Origin: the human T2T-CHM13v2.0 reference genome, Homo sapiens
Strand: one strand, 5' to 3'
Assembly: GCF_009914755.1 (NCBI RefSeq)
Contig: NC_060932.1
DNA: 64,000 nucleotides
Position numbers and translations under genes: made by a program. Shown in pieces: positions 1 to 14,969 of the stretch (positions are counted from its first letter, which is position 1; each line of letters opens with the position of its first letter). The notes beneath the pieces are model-generated. The model was not told where the DNA came from. It saw only the letters and a program-made list of their open reading frames with translations, and did no database searches.

Positions 1-560
1 ATAAAATGTCTAGAACAGCAAAATCTTACAGAGACAGAAAATAGATTAATGGTTGCTTAGGCTGGAGGGTAAGGATGGGGTTAGGAAGCAGGGTGGTGGT
101 AGCTAAAGGTAAAAAGTTTCTTTCTGAGGTATTGAAAATATTCTGCAACTGGCTGTTCTGATGGTTGCACATTAACTGTGACTATATTAAAAAACAATGA
201 ATTGTACACTTTACATGACTGAATCATAGGGTATGTTAATTGCATCTCAATAAAGCTGTTTAAAACACACACACACAATGAAATAACACCACATCTTGAT
301 TATACTGACTAAAATTAAAAAAAAAAAAAACTGACCACAGTAAGTGCTAATAAAGATATAGAGCAACTGAAAATATCATATCCTGCTGGAAGGAATGTCA
401 AACAGTACAACTAGTTTGGAAAATGGTTTCGCAGACTCTTTAAAAGTTAAACATACACCTACCATAACCAGCCATTACACTGCTAGGTATTCACCAAAAT
501 AAAAGAAGAAGAGGAAGAAAGAAAAAGAAGACATATGTCTGGAAAAAAAAAAACTTGTAC
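1..560 (+). mobile_element. Old L1 (L1M-type) 3' fragments
   Basis: AGAGACAGAAAATAGATTAATGGTTGCTTAGG...CTCAATAAAGCTGTT is a typical L1M 3' end; it is followed by ORF2-end-like sequence. Confidence 0.7.
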
Positions 561-1289
561 ATCTCCAAGCCAGGTAAATCAACCTGCCAAATGCCTGAAA
601 ATTTATCACTACTAGAATTCAGATAAATTGTATCTTCATTACTGGCATTCATGGATTTAGAAAGTGAGTCTTGGCTATCTTCAACCAGTAAATTATACTC
701 AGAACCACCAAAGTTGTTTTCTGAGAAAACAAATGATTCATACCCAGCTTGAGTCAGCTCTGTCTGGCATGACCCAATGAACTCTGATCAGTTCCTGAAA
801 GGATTCAGTCTGCTAGAGCCCTCAGCAGGAACCAAGAAGACAAAGGACTTAAGTGCAGCTCCTCCAGTTTTCTGACCTTCCTTCCCTAATGAGAGTGTAT
901 GGATAACACGTCATTTTTCAGATACTTTTTTGGGGGAAATGTGCTTCTAAATGTCCCAGTAGATGTAGTGGATAGTTTTTTACCCTTCTCTTTTCATATG
1001 TTATTGTGGATATATTTCTACATATTATTAGTCCCTTATTACTGGACTTTTTTTTTAAGCTCTATCATATTCAATCTGTGCATCTCTGGTTATTTGTGGA
1101 AGATAAAGTCCAAGAAATGAAATTACCAGTCCAATGAATTTAAAGATTTTCAGATTCTTGATTTAGACTGACAAATTTTTCTCCATGAAAGGTTGTATCA
1201 ATGATATTCCCACCAAGCAAGGGTGTCCACTTCATTACACCCATTACACCTACATTAGCACAAAACATCACCTTTATCCATTTTTAACT

Positions 1290-1720
1290 ATTGTTTTTAA
1301 ATTTTCATACAGTAAAATAGACTTTTTCTTTTGATGTACAGCTCTACAAATTTGAACACATATATAGATTCACAGAACCACCATGACCACAATCAGGATA
1401 TAGAATCGTTCCATCATCCCGAAAGACTCCCTCATGCTATTGCTTTATACTCACACCCTCCCCTTACCCAAAACCCCTGCAGTTACTGACCTGTTTTCCA
1501 TGAATATTGTTTTCTTTTTGAGAACGTCGAATAAATGGAATCATACAGTATACAACCGTTTCAAAAATGATTTCTCCCATTCAGCATAATGTCTTTGGGA
1601 TTCATCCCAAATTGTTGCCTGTATCAACAATTTGTTCCTTATTATTATATAGGATAGTGACAGACAGTTGAGTTTTCAGCTTAATTTTGATAGCTTTGAC
1701 TATCATAAAGCTTCTATGAA
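1290..1720 (-). mobile_element. Old L1 (L1ME/MC-like) 3' fragment, antisense
   Basis: CACAATCAGGATATAGAATCGTTCCATCATCCC and ATAAATGGAATCATACAGTAT are reverse-complement L1M 3' UTR motifs. Confidence 0.65.
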
Positions 1721-2062
1721 CTTTTTCTGTGAATTCATCTTTATCAATTTAATTGGCAGAAATGATATCTCCTTAATGCTGCAATTTGAATTTGATTAGT
1801 GATAGGATATTTTTAAATGTATCTTCATTTCCTCTTTGCTAGACTCTCCTAATTTCACACTACACTTAAAGAAGGTACCTGAGAAAAAAAGAAAAGATTC
1901 TCATATCTTTAAAGTTTTAATCTGACCAGAAAACCCTCAACATTCAGCCGACATATTGCCAATATGTAGAATCTAATCCCTGAATTTTACTTAAAATATT
2001 TAAGTAAAAAATAGGCATAAAAGAATTTCAATTAGTAAGAACTGTTAAAATTAAAGCAAAAA

Positions 2063-2459
<397 letters not shown>

Positions 2460-2690
2460 TTAAGAATCCATTTAATATTTTCTTTAATAGGAGGTACTAA
2501 GTTACGGGGCTGTTACAATATTTTAAATAAACCCAGGTCATTTAAAAACTCCTCCCTCTTCTCTCACAGCCTGGCCCCCACCAAAAAAAAAAAAAAAAAA
2601 AAGCAACATGAACAATTTAACAGAGTAAAATAAAAGAGGTTGAAATAAGCCCACTCACACTTACTAGAAATTATTAAACACTTTAGTATA

Positions 2691-3031
2691 CCGTCATGTA
2701 CCACACAACAAGGTTTTGATCAACCACAGACCACATATATGATGGTGGTCCCGTAACATCTTAATACCATATTTTTACTGTATATTTTCTATTTTTAGAT
2801 ATGTTTAGATACACAAATACCACTGTGTTACAACTGTCTACAGTATTCAGCACAGCACATGCAGTACAGGTTTACAGTCTAGGAACCACAGGCTATACCA
2901 CACAGCCTAGGTGTGTAGCAGGCTATACCATCTAGGTTTGAGGAAGTACATTCCACAATGTTCACACATCAACGAAATCACCTAGCAATGCATTTCTCAG
3001 AACATATTCCTGTCATTAAGCAACATGATTG
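2691..3031 (+). mobile_element. Tigger3a (Golem/MER7-type) non-autonomous DNA transposon
   Basis: Degenerate TIRs C(C)GTCATG...CATGATTG flanked by TA on both sides; ~340 bp; internal GATGGTGGTCCC and CAGCCTAGGTGTGTAGCAGGCTATACCATCTAGGTTTG match the family as recalled. Confidence 0.8.
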
Positions 3032-3085
3032 TACTCTAAATCAATATATCGACATGCTGTAGTAAAAGCGCCAAAGAAAACTTGA

Positions 3086-3360
3086 TTTTTTTTTTTTTTT
3101 TTTTTTTTTAAGACAGAGTCTCACTCTGTCACCCAGGCTGGAGTGCAGTGGTGTAATCTTGGTTCACAGAAACCTCCACTTCCTGGGCTCAAGCGATCCT
3201 CCCACCTCAGCATCCTGAGTAGCTGGGACTACAGGCATGCACCACCAAGCCCGGCTAATTTTTTTTTTCGTATTTTCAATAGACAGGGTTTCACCATTTT
3301 GCCCAGGCTGGTGTCGAACTCATGAGCTTAAGCGTCTGGTCTACGTCAGCCTCCCAAAGA
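3086..3360 (-). mobile_element. AluJ-like, antisense
   Basis: Poly-T followed by reverse-complement Alu. Confidence 0.9.
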
Positions 3361-3422
3361 GCTCTTAACAAGGTCACTCTTTGACTTCCTACTTAATAAA
3401 CTCCTTTCTCCACAGTAAATCA

Positions 3423-3835
<413 letters not shown>

Positions 3836-3959
3836 GAGATGTTTTCCTACCATAAGAAGCTGTCTACCCCATTGTTTCCACTTCAAGTATCCAAACACTC
3901 CCACCCCCACACTGCCTCTGCTTCTTCAAATTCCCAATCACTCCTTAACTGCTCCAATA

Positions 3960-5050
3960 TGGCTTCCAGTAGTCATTCCCCCTAAACTGCCCTGTTAAAG
4001 GTTACCAGGAACTCTTTGTCTATAAACCCACAGGTTGTGTTTTTAGTCCTAATCAAAGTTCTCAAAAGCATTAGACAATGTTGACTACTTCCTCCTAGAA
4101 ATACTGAACTATACTTTTGTAGATTCTCTAACATCCTTCAAATTTTCCTCTTACCTCTTTGCTTGCTTCTTCTTAGACATCTTTGCCAGTTCATACTTCA
4201 TCTACCTTTTATCTATTGGAGTTCTTCAGAACTGACTTCTAGGCCCTGTTCTCTCACTGTGCACCACTTCTCTTTAAGTAGCCTGTCCACTTGAGCGGAT
4301 TCAGTGCTGCCCAGGTACTAAAAACCTTTTTTTCTCTAGCCCAGATTACAACTCTTGATCTGCATATCCAATTGCCTCCCAGACATGTCCACATATCTCA
4401 TAAACATCTCAAACTCATCATGTCCATGTATCTTTTCTCCAAAAATTGTTCCTCCTTTGGTTTCCCCATGTCTCGTCCTTATACAAGCCAGAAAACTGGA
4501 AATCATCCTTGACACTCTACTTTTTCAGTCCCACAGACAATCAACCACAAAATCCAGACAATTCTGCCCCCTACCAGGTTTTCAAAGCTATGTATTGTAT
4601 CCTTCTCCATTGCCTCCACTTTTTTCAACTCATCTCTGATCTGAATTTTGGTATTACTGCAGGGGCTTCCCAACAAGTCTACTGACAGCGTCTTTTGCCA
4701 CCTCTATTCTCTAAAACCGTTTTCCACATTTATTATAGTTATCTATTTTTAAATGTGAATCTGATAAAGTATCCCTCTTGCTTAAAATCCATGAGTCCTA
4801 GTAATCTTGAAGGAAGTATGCTATTTCCAGCTATAGACTTTTACCTGTCTTCTTCTAATGCCCTTATCTAAATTAACTTCTACTCTCTGTACAACTTAAA
4901 TTTCCGATTGCCAAATTAGATCTAGTTACCCTATTACCTCAACATTATCTCAATAATTAGTTATGTAACAAATTATTTAATGTCAGCCTTCCCCAGTAAC
5001 TTATAAAGTCCTGAGAGTATGTTTTGATTTGTTCATCACCATACTCACAG
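3960..5050 (+). mobile_element. L2 fragment
   Basis: Pyrimidine-rich sequence with L2-like motifs (ATCCAATTGCCTCCCAGACATGTCCAC, CATCTCAAACTCATCATGTCC, CTGGAAATCATCCTTGAC). Confidence 0.65.
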
Positions 5051-5126
5051 AACAAGATACTTTTCAAAAACTGCTATTTTGACTCTAGGTACATTTTGAC
5101 TAAATGTTTATAAAAACATTTAATTA

Positions 5127-5498
<372 letters not shown>

Positions 5499-5589
5499 CA
5501 GTGTTACAGCTCTTTCAGAATTTTCCAGTTTTTGCCAATTCTAAATCCAGTTTCAGAATTTTCTAGAAAGCCTCCTCACCACAAAAAAT

Positions 5590-5612
5590 TATATATATAT
5601 ATATATATATAT
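5590..5612. repeat. (TA)n microsatellite
   Basis: Direct read. Confidence 0.9.
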
Positions 5613-5938
5613 AATTGTTAGGGGTGGTTATTCTGGAACATAGCAAATTAGTCAATATTTTCATAATACAAGTAGTCTAGATATAGGAGGCTATGTTCCA
5701 CTATCCTATGTTGCCAATGATCTTGTTTTTACCTTTTGGAGTTATTCACCCTCTTCATTCCCTGCTGTATGGCCTACATAATTTTAAAAATGGGACTAAT
5801 TGGGAAAGAGAATATGTATAAATATACATATATATTTATCTTAAAATTCATTTTCATTAAGAGTTGCTTTAGAATATAACTCTGTCCTCATTTCCATTAT
5901 TACCCAATTTTTATTTTCATTGACAAAGACTTGTTACC

Positions 5939-6240
5939 GGCCGGGCACGGTGGCTCACGCCTGTAATCCCAACACTTTGGGAGGCCGAGGCAGGCTAATC
6001 ACAAGGTCAGGAGATCAAGACCATCCTGGCTAACATGGTGAAACCCCATCTCTACTAAAAATACAAAAAATTAGCTGGGCATGGTGACAGGCGCCTGTAG
6101 TCCCAGCTACTCAGGAAGCTGAGGCAGGAGAATTGCTTGAACCCAGAAGGCGGAGTTGCAGTGAGCCAAGATCGCGCCACTGCACTCCAGACCAGGCAAC
6201 AGAGCCAGACTCCATCTCAAAAACAAACAAACAAAAAAAA
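5939..6240 (+). mobile_element. AluSc/Y-like
   Basis: GAGATCAAGACCATCCTGGCTAAC diagnostic; ACTTGTTA flanks both sides. Confidence 0.9.
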
Positions 6241-7029
6241 CTTGTTATCATCAGGATCATTTTCCAAGTAAATTTTGTAGCAAAGATTCAGTCACTTCTT
6301 TATGTACCATATTATTTCATTGATCGGTGAAAGCTTTTATGAACATGTTCTTTCATAACCATAATTTCTACCAAATGAAGTTTTACTGAGTCAAATTTTG
6401 CACAGCTAAATATTATCAGGATCGTATTAATCCAACAAATTTTAGTCAAGAAAACTTAACCAGTTTTTAGATAAATTTGTAGCTGTCATGGGTTATTTTC
6501 GTTGTTTTACCAAGCCCGATCTTCCCAGATAAAGTTTTGAGGTTTTTAGCATTAACAAAAGACAGAATACTTCAATTAGCTTTTGAACTCTTTTCACACA
6601 AATTTTGCTGTGTGCAATTTTAGTCAATTTTAATTAGTTTTCTTTTTGTATTATTTCTACCAGTAGCAGTCACTGTGCATTGAATTAAAAACTGACAAAA
6701 TCTTTCTGCATAGTTAAAATGTGTTTCTCTGTTTTTATTAGGTTATCCAAGAGAAAAACATACTTCCCCTTTTACCCTAAAGAGCGGGTAAAAAGAATGT
6801 CTTCATCAAAAGACTGGGAAAAACATCCTGGAGTAAAATACCGTATTGTATTACCAGGGTCTAAGAGAATGGATGTTATGTCCAAGACCCTCCCTGCCAC
6901 CATCCCACCAGCTCCCAGAAAAAACAATGAACAAGATAACTAAATTCTGATAATTCAGAAATTACTTATAAGTAACTTTGAAATACCATAAGATTCTCGG
7001 ATATACACTTTTCTTTTGCAGAACAGCAG

Positions 7030-7260
7030 AAGGGCATGAACTATGGAGACAGACTGGCTGGGTCAGAGTCTTAAGTCTGCCTCTTACTAGCTCTATGACC
7101 CTATATAAGTTACTTAACACCTTTGTGCCAGTTTATAAATCTATAAAATGAATATAATACTAATACTTACCTCGCAAACCTACTGTGAGCAAGGATTAGT
7201 GAATATATGTAAAACACAACAGTATTTGCCACATAGTAAGTGCTCCCTTAATGTTTACAC
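7030..7260 (+). mobile_element. MIR
   Basis: Core-like CTTACTAGCTCTATGACC...AAGTTACTTAAC...CTATAAAATG and 3' CACATAGTAAGTGCTC. Confidence 0.75.
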
Positions 7261-7614
7261 CATCAACATTTGCCCTTGTCCCTTTCTCAATTACTCCCAT
7301 TTTTAAAATTATGTAGGCCATACAGCATGGAATAGAGAGGGTGAATAATTCCAAAAGGTAAAAACAAGATCGTTGGGAACATGGAATAGTGGAACATAAC
7401 CTCCTATATCTAGACTACTTGTATTACAGAAAATATTGACTAATTTGCTATGTCCCAGAATAACCACCCCTAACAATCCCAGTCTATAATTTCTTAACTG
7501 TAAACTGGGTTCTGATCTATTTTCCCCTTGACCCTGTAATGTGCTTGCCAAATCAATACCAAAAAGTGGTCGGCATAAACAAGAGACTTGAAGGTCTATC
7601 TGCAAGACTCATAA

Positions 7615-7958
<344 letters not shown>

Positions 7959-8070
7959 TCATTTAATATTAATAGTGGGCATTATCGTCTTAGTGAATGA
8001 TTCCTAAGCATAGCCACTCTGGAGTTGAATGACTTAATTGTACAACCCATAAACCTAAGCCTTTAATATT

Positions 8071-8195
8071 CTTTTTTTTTTTTTTTTTTTTTAAAGAGGT
8101 CTTCAGGTTGGTCTCCAACTCCTGGACTCAAGCAATCCTCCTGCCTCAGCCTCACAAAGTGCTAGGATTACAGGCATGAGCCACCGCACCCAGCC
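8071..8195 (-). mobile_element. FLAM/Alu left monomer, antisense
   Basis: Poly-T plus monomer; TAATATTCTTTT on both sides. Confidence 0.85.
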
Positions 8196-8658
8196 TAATA
8201 TTCTTTTGTTTAACAATTCTAAATACACACATTGTTTTCAATGGCACAAATGAAAATTTAAAATGTCTCATATAATCAAATTCAATAAAGAATGTAAATA
8301 CTCTTGCAGATCATGTTTTGAGTTTTAAAATTACCAAAACCTACCAATGTTTAATATGCATTAACATATAACTGCAATATAAATTTAAGATTGAAACAGT
8401 TTTTATTACACTAAAAAGCATACAAACATTAATATACAAATCCCTTCAAACTGATAATCACTCACAGTTTTCTTATATCTAAGAGATTGAATGTGAACTA
8501 AATATAAGTATCAATAAGTATAAAATAAACCTAGAAGATATTTCTTTGCATTAAAGATCATTTTCAGAATTATGTTTTATAAGCGTAGCAGAGACTACAC
8601 ATTTCATATTTCTTCAATACCTCATGTCAGAGCATATATGCAACTAGTACTAAAATGA

Positions 8659-9105
<447 letters not shown>

Positions 9106-9119
9106 TAAAAAAAAAAAAA

Positions 9120-9955
9120 AAACTCATACCCTGTTGATGGAAGTGTAAAATGATATAATCACTTTAGAAAATGTCTGGCAATTTCTTAAAGGTTAAGTCT
9201 GTATGGTTCCCTAACTAACATTATGTCCATGAAAAACTTGCACAAGAATATTCATAGAATCTTTATACATAATAGCCAAAGTATGGAAATTGCCAAGAAG
9301 TCCATCAAAAGATAATGGATAAAAAGTGTGGTATATTTATGCAATGGAATACTGCACAGCAACAGAAAGCAATGAGCTACTAATAGGATGGATAAACATG
9401 GATGAATATTAAAAACACTAAGGTGAAAAAAACAGAAACAAAGTATGCATATTGTATGATTCCAATTACATGAAGTTCTAGAATAGGCAAAACTTATCTA
9501 TAATTTTTTTTAAATTAGGACAATGGTTGCCTGACGTGCAAGAAGACTGATTAGAAGCAGGCAAGAGAGGACTTTCTGAGGTGATATTGTTCTAATTCTT
9601 GACAGAGGTTTGAGCTACACAGTTGTAGATCAAAACTCACCAAATGGTATATTTTAAATTTGTGCATTTCACTGTATGCAAATCTTACCTAAAAAACACA
9701 CATGCACAAATAAATAGTGAACTCTAGTAATACTCATGCTGAAGTACTTAAGGGTAAATTATTCTAACTCTACAACTTGTTTCGAAGTAACATTTTTCCT
9801 TTAAAAAAAAGAATTGATGGATAAATAGGTGATGAAGCCAAGTATAGCAAAACATTAATTGCAGAATCTATGTGGTAGATATATGGATACTTACTATAAC
9901 TATCTTTTCACTTTTTCTGTATGTTTGAAAGGTTTCTTAATGTTAGGGGAAAAAA
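9120..9955 (+). mobile_element. L1MC/ME 3' region
   Basis: GCAATGGAATACTGCACAGCAA, ATTGTATGATTCCAATTACATGAAGTTCTAGAATAGGCAAAACT. Confidence 0.75.
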
Positions 9956-10639
9956 AACTTTGTAACAGAGGTGAATTCACACATAAATTTTAAAACAAAA
10001 AAGACCTGCTAGCAAAGTGGAATTATAATGATATATCCTTTTAGTTTAAGTTGTCAGGACTGATATGAGCGATATTTTTATTTTTATTTTTATTTACTCA
10101 TTTATTTTGCTTTCCACTATTACAAAGCAATTGGAAACTAAAAATAAATAATATGTTCAAATTATAACTACTAGCTTTAATCAATATAAAAGATTTATAA
10201 AAATATATTGAACAATTTCTCAAAATCGTATACAAAGATTTTGCTTGACTGTTAATGTTTAATTAGATTGCATATTCTAAGAACTTACTCTTGTTTAAGT
10301 ATGCAACCATATTTCATCTAATTACTTTTAAGTGTTTACAATCAAATTCACCATCAAATATTTGATTTTGAGAAGCTGTGGCTCTTAACATTTGAAAAAA
10401 GAAATGAAATGTGATATTTAGATATGGTACATTGGCCATCTATTATAACATAATCATCTAAATAAATGTATTTCAATTATACCTCATCAAAAAATTTTAC
10501 CTCTACAGTACTGAATTATTTGTCTTAACGGCACACAAAAAAAGTACACAAATCAGTACAAAGTAGTATCTTGTATTTAAAAGAACATGTGTTAACAAAG
10601 CATTTAACCATCATTATCTACAGTATATATTAAACACAA

Positions 10640-10645
10640 TTTATT
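10640..10645 (-). terminator. FSBP: Candidate FSBP polyadenylation signal (AATAAA)
   Basis: TTTATT on + at the distal end of a long AT-rich stretch following the FSBP stop. Other TTTATT sites exist, so the site actually used is uncertain. Confidence 0.4.
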
Positions 10646-11194
10646 ACACTCTAAGTTATTTAAACATGTGTATTTAAAAGTTGACATTACTCCAAAAGAA
10701 GGCACATGAAAAAAACTCATAGTTTAAACATTTTCACATAAGTAAAGATAGAACAGGGTAGAATGACTCCTTAAAAAAAAAATGAAATAACACCAAGTTA
10801 ATATCTCATCATACACAAAAGAAAAATACTTGACTATTTTAAGAAATCTGGTATTCGTTAGAAATGAGTTTCACTGACTTTTCTCAGGATGTCATTATAA
10901 ATCACAGCTAGTTTAGAAAATCATAAGTTGTAACAACATATCCATTACATTCATATGGATAAGAGAAAGATAGGAAAGTGGCTATCCACTATCTAAATTA
11001 CTAATATATTGGATGAAATAATCTATATACTTAGCATATTTATCAAATGTAGTATATTTCTACAGAATCAAGTCTACATTTAAAAAACAAAATCACTCTT
11101 CTCTATGTTCTCCCAGCATTACATTTTGTAATTAAAGCTCATGGACCCCAAACAATTGTCTATGGTATGCAAGATGTCTGGTGGCTTAAGTGTA

Positions 11195-11572
11195 TAGTCA
11201 TCCCTCAGTATCCAAGGGGGATTGGTTTCAGGACACCCCCTACCCCATCAAGATCCACAGATACTCAAGTCCCTTATATAAAATGTTTGTATTCACATAC
11301 AATTTACACACATCCTTCCATATACTTTAAATCATCTCTAGATTACTTACAATGGCTAATATAATGTAAATACTATGTAAATAGTTGTTAGGATACAGGA
11401 CAAGTGAGCCCCAAAACTGGGGATTAGCCCAACTCCTACCTCAGTTATACCGTCTTTTTAAATTTCGTATTACTTTTTATTGTTGTACTGTTATTTATTT
11501 TTCTGCCTGAATATTTTCAATCCACAGTAGTTCAATCTGCAGATGTGAAACCTGCAGATAGAAAGCCAAGTG
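11195..11572 (+). mobile_element. MER2 (Tigger-type DNA transposon) with internal 53-bp insertion
   Basis: TA-(T)AGTCATCCCTCAGTATCC...GGGGGATTGG start; ...CTCAAGTCCCTTATATAAAATG...; ends CCAAGTG-TA. Confidence 0.85.
11391..11443 (-). mobile_element. Ends-only ERV1-type LTR remnant (53 bp)
   Basis: Minus strand reads TGAGGTAGGAG-TTGGGCTAATCCCCAGTTTTGGGGCTCACTTGTCCTGTATCC, flanked by GTTA/GTTA. Confidence 0.65.
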
Positions 11573-12870
11573 TACATTCCATTGTACTAGCAAACTTTCC
11601 CCTATATATTCCCCTTAATGAAACTTGTCCTCAACAAAAACTGCTAATGTTAGTTGGTAAGTAGTCCCCTAACTCAAAAAAGTCTCAATACAAAAAAGAA
11701 GAAAAAAAAAGGTTTGGTTCCAAATTACCCTAAGATACTCTGTAAGATAATAAACAGCCTCGGAAAAGGATTCTATGGTCAAATAAATAATTTTCTTTAT
11801 ACAGGAATTCTCATAAACTATACTATGTTAATCATGGTTATACAAGGGGAGGTAGACAATGAGGAGAATTATATGCATTTAAACTTTTGCAAATTAAAAG
11901 TAAACAAGACTGACTTGGAGAAAAACAAGATTGACTTGGAAAAGTTGCTGCAGTAAACTCAAAGAGTGTGATTCTGGTGTTTAAAAATATGTAAAAATAG
12001 GTTTCTTATTGTATACAGCCCCTAAATGCTAATGAATTGTGTCACCTAACACACTAAAGAAAAAGCAATCTTAAACAATGCTGCAGAAAAATATGATTGT
12101 AGCAGACTATGTTTATGCTATTTTATGGGCAGCAAAGGAATTTTCAAGGGCTATTTTGTATATACATAATTTTTACCTTCCACAATTATTTTAGAACCTA
12201 ACCACCAAAAATAAAAAAGATGTATACTGCACTTTTTTTTAACACAGATCTCTTTTCTAGAAACATCTCACAGAATTAATGTTCCACAGAACACACTTGG
12301 GAAAACTCTGATTTGCTGTAAAAGCCAACATTTAAATTGAACATTCATTATCAATTCTTAGTAGCATGCTGAAACTGTAAAGTGAATTACATCTCATATA
12401 TGTGCTTTCAATAATTTCAAAAAATAAAGCTTACTACTGCCAAGATGTGTTTACTAGAATTATACTGGGAAACATTACCTCAAATTAAGAATTACAAGAT
12501 TCATTAGACTCAAAGAAAAGTCATAGCACAGATTAAAGAGAAAAGGTAACATTGTCAAAAGGATATATCAAGTTATATATTCAGGACATCTTTATAATTA
12601 AAGAAGTTAACTCTACCAGCTATAAAACACCCTCTTTTTAATCCAACCAATGAAATTAAGTAGTCAACATGCTAAAATAGTACCTTGAGTTCATTTTTTT
12701 CTATTTCTATAGCCATAACTTAAATTTCTGATTTAAGTTCTTCCAATACAATGCCTGTCCCTAAATGCCACTCCTCCTAAATCACAACTATAATCAAATT
12801 AGCCCTCTAATTCAAAGCATTCAATGGCTTCTCATTGTACGTTAAGTCTGACTCATTAAAAATAGTATTT

Positions 12871-13170
<300 letters not shown>

Positions 13171-13305
13171 TTAATGTAATTCATAATCTGGTATCAACCA
13201 TCATCCAAATTTATATCCCTCAGTTCACTTTCAACTACTCTTCGACAAAAATTTTGAGACTAGTATGATTTAGGCACCAAGCGAGGTTCCAAAATACTCT
13301 GTTTC

Positions 13306-13471
13306 ACTGGTTCTCAAACTTTAGCATGCATCAGAATCGCTAAAGGGTTTATTAAAAGAGATTGCTGACACCCCCAGGGTTTCTAATTCACTTGGAAATG
13401 GATTTACATTTCTAACAAGTTCTCAAGTGATGCTGATGCTGCTGGTCAGGACCCATACTTGGAAAACCATT
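13306..13471 (+). mobile_element. MER5A-like hAT MITE
   Basis: CACTGGTTCTCAAACTTTAGCATGCATCAGAATC...TGATGCTGATGCTGCTGGTC...GAAAACCATTG. Confidence 0.8.
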
Positions 13472-14369
13472 GGTCTACTCCAAAGGCCACAAAGTGGAAG
13501 CCCAATGGCTCAGTGAGGCCCACTCACATGTTGTCTGTATAATGTTTTAAAAGCATTTTGTGTTATTTGCAAACATTTTAAAATTGGAAGATTCCTCATT
13601 AAAAAATGCAGATTTCTGGTTTATCCCCGCATGTGAAAATTCTGCTGGAGCTAAACAGCAGCTACCCTACCTAGTCCAGGGAGATGTCCTTCCTAGTCCA
13701 GGATACTACAGCCCAAATTGACTCTCTCTACATTCACTTAAAATCAATGGCTTAGCACTGCATTTGTGCTTATATACTCAATCCACTTTTTCCCATTCTT
13801 TTGTCTTTTTTCCAGCGTCTCACTCTTGACTTCAAACACCCATGGTCCCCTTCACTGCTGAAATTACACCCACCCCATTCTACAACTTGGCTTAAAAATC
13901 CCTTCTCAACAAAACCCCAGCAAAAATAGAAATTCTTAAGTAACATACATATTAGAGATTTAATATAAATTTAATATGTATGCTTTAAGAATTGAGGTTT
14001 TATTTCCATGAATACTAAAATAACAATACTTATAAAATACATAAAATTTTAATTTTGTTCATTCTGATTTTTACTGTGAAAGAAATTTTTTCCAGAACAG
14101 GACATTCAAAATGAATTAAGACATGTCTTTAAATCACACAGCCAAAATATATAATAGCTTCAATGGAATACCTTATCTATTTTGCTGGAACAAAAATAGA
14201 GAGAGAATGGGGGTAATTGATGTAATTATCCTGATTTCACAACCTAACAATCTTTAAAGGCAATTTTAATGAAAGAAATGCTTCTAATATTTAAATCTAG
14301 AGAATGTTTTAGTGGATATTTACTTCTATCGAATAGCGGGATGGAAATTACACAAAGAAAAACTAAGTG

Positions 14370-14500
14370 CTGGTCTCTGCTCTGCCATAAATAGCTTTGT
14401 TACCCTAAGTAAGTCACTGAGTTCTCCCTGGACCTGTTTCATTACCCCTAAACTGCAGAGATGGAAAAAAAGTGTTCTCCAAATATCTTCCATCTCTAAA
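14370..14500 (+). mobile_element. MIR fragment
   Basis: CTCTGCCATAAATAGCTTTGTTACCCTAAGTAAGTCACT core-like sequence. Confidence 0.55.
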
Positions 14501-14969
14501 ATCCTAGGATTTACTCCTTCAAAAGATAAAAGCATAAAAACCAATGTCATACAGACAAGCTTCTTGGTATTAGGTTAGTATAGCTCCTAAATTAGACTGA
14601 CTTAAAAATCTCTAATTATAGCTTTCAAAGTTCTAACTAAAAATGTTGAAGACTCAGAACTTTGAAAGAATATGTGTTTGTATATGCATTTGTGTATATC
14701 TTAGTGATCAGAATAAAATATCTTTTGTAAGGTCAACAATTAAACTTAGGGAAAAAAAAAAGAAGACAATAAAAACTATAACCATGCCAACCAACCAGTA
14801 AATTTTAATATCTCAAAAGAAAATAATTAGAAAATTATATCTAAAAAGTTTTTCCATAATAGAGATTAACAACATTTTTCAAGAACGTGTATTCTGTTTC
14901 AGGATATTCCCAAATTAAAGTAATTTGGCCAAAATCAAAATTATCAAATTGCAAGATTGAAAAAAAAAC

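Noticed and set aside
13670-13702. 11-bp direct repeat CCTAGTCCAGG
   Set aside because: Only two copies 11 nt apart; not an array and has no supporting context.
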